Source: a virus (lineage: Duplodnaviria > Caudoviricetes). From it: a DNA stretch of 64,000 nt. Under the pieces are notes generated by a model. That model was not told the origin of the DNA. It searched no databases and was given only the letters and a program-made list of their open reading frames with translations. The stretch covers positions 1 to 64,000 of the IMG/VR virus record IMGVR_UViG_2791355157_000004; one strand, given 5' to 3'. Shown here one piece after another: positions 59,455 to 64,000 of this stretch (within the stretch, counting starts at the first letter, position 1; every line of letters begins with the position of its first letter). Both the position numbers and the translations under genes were made by a program.

Positions 59455-59834
59455 TTCACTTCCTCGATCAGCACCTCGACGCGGGGATTACCTTTATCCA
59501 CCGCACCAAAGCGGAAATTTATCTGAGCCAGATGGTGGTAGTTGTCATCCGGCAGCTTGCCGAGCTCAACCAGCGCGTCACAGAAGAACTTGTCCACCAC
59601 GCTGCACACGTTGCTGACGTCGAACGCCTGCAGTGTCTTCGGGTAGACCGTGTACGTGAGGCTGACTCTGTCCATCTCAGGCAGCAGTACGATCGCATCC
59701 TGCACCAGCTCCTTGAACGTCACCTTGGCCCGGTTGAGGCTGAGGTAATGTTTGTTGCGATACTGGTTCAGATTGAGGATGAATTTTGACTTGCTGCTGA
59801 GCGGCACGGACAGGGGTAACGATATGACGTGCAT
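59439..59834 (-). CDS. RusA-like Holliday junction resolvase
   Basis: LNLNQYRN, DVSNVCSVVDKFFCDALV..LPDDN, NPRVEV. Confidence 0.8.
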   Translation of the reverse strand: MHVISLPLSVPLSSKSKFILNLNQYRNKHYLSLNRAKVTFKELVQDAIVLLPEMDRVSLTYTVYPKTLQAFDVSNVCSVVDKFFCDALVELGKLPDDNYHHLAQINFRFGAVDKGNPRVEVLIEEVKCKSP

Positions 59835-59882
59835 AGAAAAATCCCTCCAATAGTGGAGGGATCATTCTACCAGGCCTGGGGC

Positions 59883-60647
59883 TTACGCCTTAGCGCCAAA
59901 CAGGGAGTTTGCAGGCTTCTGAGCCTGGCCCAGAATACCGCCGCCCACACCCGGTGCGCCGGCTGAGGTGCCCGCTTTTTTGTCGGTGCGATCGGAGATC
60001 TTACCTTTATTGCGCGCTACCCACTGCTGCAGGAATTCTGCCTGCTCAACGTTGTTGCGGATTTCAGTGGTGGTGCGGCCATCTTCTGCGTAGAAGACCT
60101 TCACGATTTCGTTCTGCTCGCGGGTTTTGCCTGATGGCACGTACACGCCAGAGTTCGGTGCCGTTTCCTGGTTCACGTCCACCAGCTGCTTCTCGATAGC
60201 CAGCTTAACGCGGCCACCGTGCAGTTCGGTCAGCGCCTGAACCTTGGTCGGCACTTCCGCTTTCGCGTCGAAGTCGTACAGTTTGACGATCTTCTCTTCG
60301 GCAACCATGGCCGGCAGCTCTTTGTCGGCGATCAGCAGGCACAGCGCGTTGGCTGCGTTCCAGCCTGGCAGGAATTCTTTCTTGTCAGTCTTCTTGTTCA
60401 CATAGAAGTTCTGACCCTGCTTGTTGGTCACGTAGAAGGTGTGGCGCACTTCTTTACCGTTGATGTCCGCGTGGATGGTCAGGGACTTGGAGCCGCGCTT
60501 GGACTCGCCTGCGTACGCCAGCTTGATGGTGGCATCATAGACGTCGGTGTCCAGAATAAAGCTTCCACCCAGGACGTCTTTTTCCTGCTCGACATCAGCA
60601 GCGGTTTCAACGGTTGCGAAGATTGACATTAAAGAGATGAGTGACAT
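59883..60647 (-). CDS. ssb: N4-type single-stranded DNA-binding protein (gp45-like)
   Basis: EKDVLGG, LPG..ANALCL, KIVKLYDFDAKAEVPT, C-terminal SLFG. Confidence 0.85.
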   Translation of the reverse strand: MSLISLMSIFATVETAADVEQEKDVLGGSFILDTDVYDATIKLAYAGESKRGSKSLTIHADINGKEVRHTFYVTNKQGQNFYVNKKTDKKEFLPGWNAANALCLLIADKELPAMVAEEKIVKLYDFDAKAEVPTKVQALTELHGGRVKLAIEKQLVDVNQETAPNSGVYVPSGKTREQNEIVKVFYAEDGRTTTEIRNNVEQAEFLQQWVARNKGKISDRTDKKAGTSAGAPGVGGGILGQAQKPANSLFGAKA

Positions 60648-60708
60648 GTTTGATCCTTAGTTTCTGATAGTGTTTTTACGTAGTTTAAATTTTGTGAAAC
60701 GTGCCACT

Positions 60709-61446
60709 TCACGCCGCGTGGTAGTAGGCGTTTACGTGATCCAACAGCTGCTGAGCGCAGTTGTTCATAAAGGTCTGCTTAGTGGTAAACAGGCCCATTG
60801 GTGACCGAATCCGCTCGTTCACCGTGGTCTTGGTAAGTTTCGTCTGGAAGACGTACTTAAAGCCCAGCGCCTCTTCCTCTGCGTCGATCTGCAGAAGTTC
60901 GGAGCCATAGTCCTTCAAATCCTTGATAGCGACTTTCTTCGCTGCGACCACACAGCTGAAGTAGGCTTCGATGCCCTGATTTTTCAGCGCACCTTTTACC
61001 GGCACTTTGGTCTCGATGACCATGTCGGCCTCGTTATACGTGGCCAGCGTGTGTGCCAGCACGATAACGTTCTTGGTTGAGCGGGCCACTTTATCCTGCA
61101 TCAACGTTTTAAAGAACTGGTTATACGCGCCCCATGCCTGCATGGTGTTGGCGCTGGTCAGCACGTGAACAGATTCAAACATATCCATCATGAACGTCGC
61201 CGTGTCGATGATGATAGTGTGAATATTGGAATCCGTTTCCGCGTGATCGAACGCCTCCAGTACCTGGTAGGGGTCAGTGATGGTATAGCTTTGGAAATTA
61301 TTTGCAAAGGGCAATTTTTTCCCGGCTTCGCAGTTCAGGTACATCACGCCTTCCTGATTGCGCAGTCCGCGCAGCGATGCACTTTTACCGGCGGCTGATG
61401 CGCCGACGATCAGCACTAAATTGTCATTTACCTGGGTCTGGCTCAT
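60709..61446 (-). CDS. Sak4-like AAA ATPase (gp44-like)
   Basis: GASAAGKSASL, YLNCEAGKKLPF, IRSPMGLF. Confidence 0.85.
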   Translation of the reverse strand: MSQTQVNDNLVLIVGASAAGKSASLRGLRNQEGVMYLNCEAGKKLPFANNFQSYTITDPYQVLEAFDHAETDSNIHTIIIDTATFMMDMFESVHVLTSANTMQAWGAYNQFFKTLMQDKVARSTKNVIVLAHTLATYNEADMVIETKVPVKGALKNQGIEAYFSCVVAAKKVAIKDLKDYGSELLQIDAEEEALGFKYVFQTKLTKTTVNERIRSPMGLFTTKQTFMNNCAQQLLDHVNAYYHAA

Positions 61447-61490
61447 ACGTAGTGGTCTCCTGATACCGGGCATCCTGCCCGGGTAAAACG

Positions 61491-63677
61491 TTAGGGTTGG
61501 CCTGCCTGACGGGCAGCCATTTCTTTTCCGACGGTGACCAGCACGGTTGCGTGCAGTTCATCCTCCGGCAGTTTGTTACTGAGCTTTTTGTTGAAGCTGA
61601 CGACCTTCTCCTGCACCTCGTTAAACGACATGCCCGCGTCCACCAGGATGCGTGCAAAGCGGTGCATCAGGTTGTTGCGTGACCCTGTCACCATACGCTG
61701 TGCAAACCAGCGCTCCAGGTTGTCCAGAGAGTCCATGCGCATAACGTTCTGGCGGAACTCTTCGTTTTTACTGGTGCGCGGGATGAACGGTAAAACGTCC
61801 ATCAGCTGCCCATGGTTCACCTCGTAGTGGCCATTAGCGTGGGTCAGCCATTTACGCGATCGCTGACCGGTAGAGTCGTCAACCGGAAAAGGCAGCCACG
61901 AATACACGTTGTCCATGAACTCCTTGTATTCCGGGCCGTTCAGCTTGATGACGTAGTTGGTGGGGATGATGACGCGGAAGCGATCGCCCTCACCGTTCAG
62001 CTGGTGACGTTTGGTGGTGTAGAGCGCGTAGGTGTAATCCTTGAGCAGCTCCCGGGCCATATCCAGCGTCACGCCTTTACCGTCCACGTCGAGCACCAGC
62101 AGGTTAAAGCCAGGCAGACAGTTCTCTTCGGTGCGGTGACCTTCAGAGGCATTGCCCCGCGGCAGCGCATGGGTGATCCAGTGGTGGTCTTTCAGCTTCA
62201 TCAGCGTATCGAGCTGATCGAACGGTACCGCTGTTTCGGTGGTGTACCGGTAAGCCTCATGGTTCGACCAGCTGAGCAGCAGCTCGTTGAGGTTGGTTTC
62301 CTTCAGGGCTTCCCCTGAATAGAACTCGATCCCGTCGGTGAAGCTCTTCTTTAGCACGATGTGGTTTTTGTACCCCCACGCCGTGGCCAGGGTGAGCATT
62401 TCACTTTTGGCACCCGCAGAGCCTTTGAAGAACGGCAGGCTGTCCATCATGTCTGCGTGGGTCAGTTCTGTCCCGGCAGAGGCAATGAACTTGGCCAGCT
62501 TCACGTAGTTCTTCTCGCGGTTGAGGATGCCCATCAGGGATGCGCCGCTCTCTTCCACCAGCTTGATGGCCGCCCACAGGTGGTCCATGGTTACGGTCGG
62601 TGACTCATCGACAAACGCATAGGCGCCTGCCAGCTTCATCGCCTTAAAGTAGCGGTGGCTCAGCTCGGCCTTATGGATTTCCTGGTGATCGGGCATCTCA
62701 TCGGCACGGGCTTCGCAGTCGCTTTTATAACGGATGAGCTCAACGCTCACCGCCTCAGGCATCGGGATGCGCTGACCGAACTTCGACGGATCAGCCAGTA
62801 ACTCAAAGTGGTTCGCCAGGCGCTCCAGCAGTTTGTTATTGGACTTATCCTTGAGGTTCGCGAAGATCTGCTCAGGGGTCAGCTTGTGCGCGGCACGCTC
62901 ACGCGTTGACATCCCGAACAGGCAGCGGCGGGCATACCCGGTTTCGAGCAGCGAATAGAATTCGTCCTCTTCCTTCCCGCCATTCAGCAGCTTGGCCGGT
63001 GTCCCGAACAGCAGCATGTTGGCAGGCGTCTTGCCCTCCAGCTCCTCACCACGGACGTTCTCCGCGGTGTTCTTCACCAGCTTCTGCTTCACCAGCCCCT
63101 GGTCATACAGCTCCAGGAACACGTTCAGCGCTTCCAGGTTGTTGATGAGGTTTGAACCAATCTCATCCACCTGGAAGTTGAGTGCGCCGGCACCGGCCAG
63201 CAGCAGCTTACCGCGCATCTGCTTGATGGCCGGACCGGTGGCGGAGTCGAACGCAAACAGCGCGCCGCCGGAGGTTTTAAACTCCTTCACCAGCCCCTCG
63301 AACTCATTGTTCTCGTCGGTCTGGTTGCGCATGGCACGCTGACGGGCGATCTCCCACAGGTTGTGCTCGGCCATGATCGGGAAGGTATCCGACATGAACC
63401 GCTCACGGAACTTGTGCAGCATGCTGCCTTCGATGATGTTGGTGGAATGCCCCTTACCAAACCCTGACGGCGCCACGTTGAGCGCGTAGATGTTGATAGG
63501 CACATTGCCACGGTCCAGCGTATCGAGGCTGGCACGCATACTCGCCGCCATGGTTCCGAGGAAATAGGCGGTCTGTACGCGGAAAAACAGCGGACTTTCG
63601 TTCTGCGTCTTTTTGCAAAGCAGCTGAACGATCTCCTCCATCAGAGGATGATGTTGAACTTCATCCAGGTCTCTCAT
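61491..63677 (-). CDS. N4 gp43-like primase
   Basis: SGFGKG, LVLDVD, YTTKRH, RFRVI, GSRNN motifs. Confidence 0.85.
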   Translation of the reverse strand: MRDLDEVQHHPLMEEIVQLLCKKTQNESPLFFRVQTAYFLGTMAASMRASLDTLDRGNVPINIYALNVAPSGFGKGHSTNIIEGSMLHKFRERFMSDTFPIMAEHNLWEIARQRAMRNQTDENNEFEGLVKEFKTSGGALFAFDSATGPAIKQMRGKLLLAGAGALNFQVDEIGSNLINNLEALNVFLELYDQGLVKQKLVKNTAENVRGEELEGKTPANMLLFGTPAKLLNGGKEEDEFYSLLETGYARRCLFGMSTRERAAHKLTPEQIFANLKDKSNNKLLERLANHFELLADPSKFGQRIPMPEAVSVELIRYKSDCEARADEMPDHQEIHKAELSHRYFKAMKLAGAYAFVDESPTVTMDHLWAAIKLVEESGASLMGILNREKNYVKLAKFIASAGTELTHADMMDSLPFFKGSAGAKSEMLTLATAWGYKNHIVLKKSFTDGIEFYSGEALKETNLNELLLSWSNHEAYRYTTETAVPFDQLDTLMKLKDHHWITHALPRGNASEGHRTEENCLPGFNLLVLDVDGKGVTLDMARELLKDYTYALYTTKRHQLNGEGDRFRVIIPTNYVIKLNGPEYKEFMDNVYSWLPFPVDDSTGQRSRKWLTHANGHYEVNHGQLMDVLPFIPRTSKNEEFRQNVMRMDSLDNLERWFAQRMVTGSRNNLMHRFARILVDAGMSFNEVQEKVVSFNKKLSNKLPEDELHATVLVTVGKEMAARQAGQP

Positions 63678-64000
63678 TTACAGCTCCACTATCTTCAGAT
63701 CGCCAGACGCGATGAGGTCATCCTTCTGGCTACACAGCGCGAAGGCGGGGCAGTAGCGACAGGCTTTCACTTCACCGGGCACCGAACGCACGATCCCCAC
63801 ACCGCCCTGGTTGGCCAGGTGGAGGTTCGCTTCGTGCAGTGAGTCAAAGTTTTTGGTGCTGCGCCCTGTCTTCGTCGGGTCCTTGTAATACTTAAACACC
63901 GGATCAGAGCGCCACAGCTCATCAGCGCTGCAGAGCGGCAGCTCCTTCTCCGGGGTGTCCTGCAGCCGGCTGAGGTCGCGAAGTTTGGAGCGGATGAACT
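63678..64000 (-). CDS. N4 gp42-like PD-(D/E)XK exonuclease, 3' part only
   Basis: C..ELWR, KYYKDP, ACRYCPAFALCSQ; runs off the window edge. Confidence 0.75.
   Translation of the reverse strand, partial: FIRSKLRDLSRLQDTPEKELPLCSADELWRSDPVFKYYKDPTKTGRSTKNFDSLHEANLHLANQGGVGIVRSVPGEVKACRYCPAFALCSQKDDLIASGDLKIVEL

Overview
The window is most of the genome of an N4-like (Schitoviridae) phage in circularly permuted form. It carries a ~3470-aa virion RNA polymerase, the split RNAP II (gp15/gp16-like), gp1 and gp2 cofactors, four canonical vRNAP hairpin promoters, the terminase-portal-capsid module, two tail adhesins, a lysis cassette, and SSB/Sak4/primase genes. Unusually for this normally virulent group, it also has plasmid-prophage hallmarks: parA plus a ribbon-helix-helix partner flanked by 7-bp-periodic centromere-like arrays, a mazEF toxin-antitoxin pair, a LexA-boxed UmuD'/HumD-like gene and an XRE-family repressor candidate. 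The sequence runs continuously across the expected genome termini. Read by eye, it also shows two dispersed DNA-motif networks (8 heptad arrays; about 11 TAGGA-N4-TCCTA palindromes), two unannotated 350-430 nt structured RNA candidates that each lie just downstream of one of those palindromes, and tandem arrays of dozens of divergent paralogous mini-proteins sharing an N-terminal motif. No tRNA, CRISPR array, integrase, protelomerase or Rep gene was seen in the window. Family assignments are from motif recognition and recall, not database searches.
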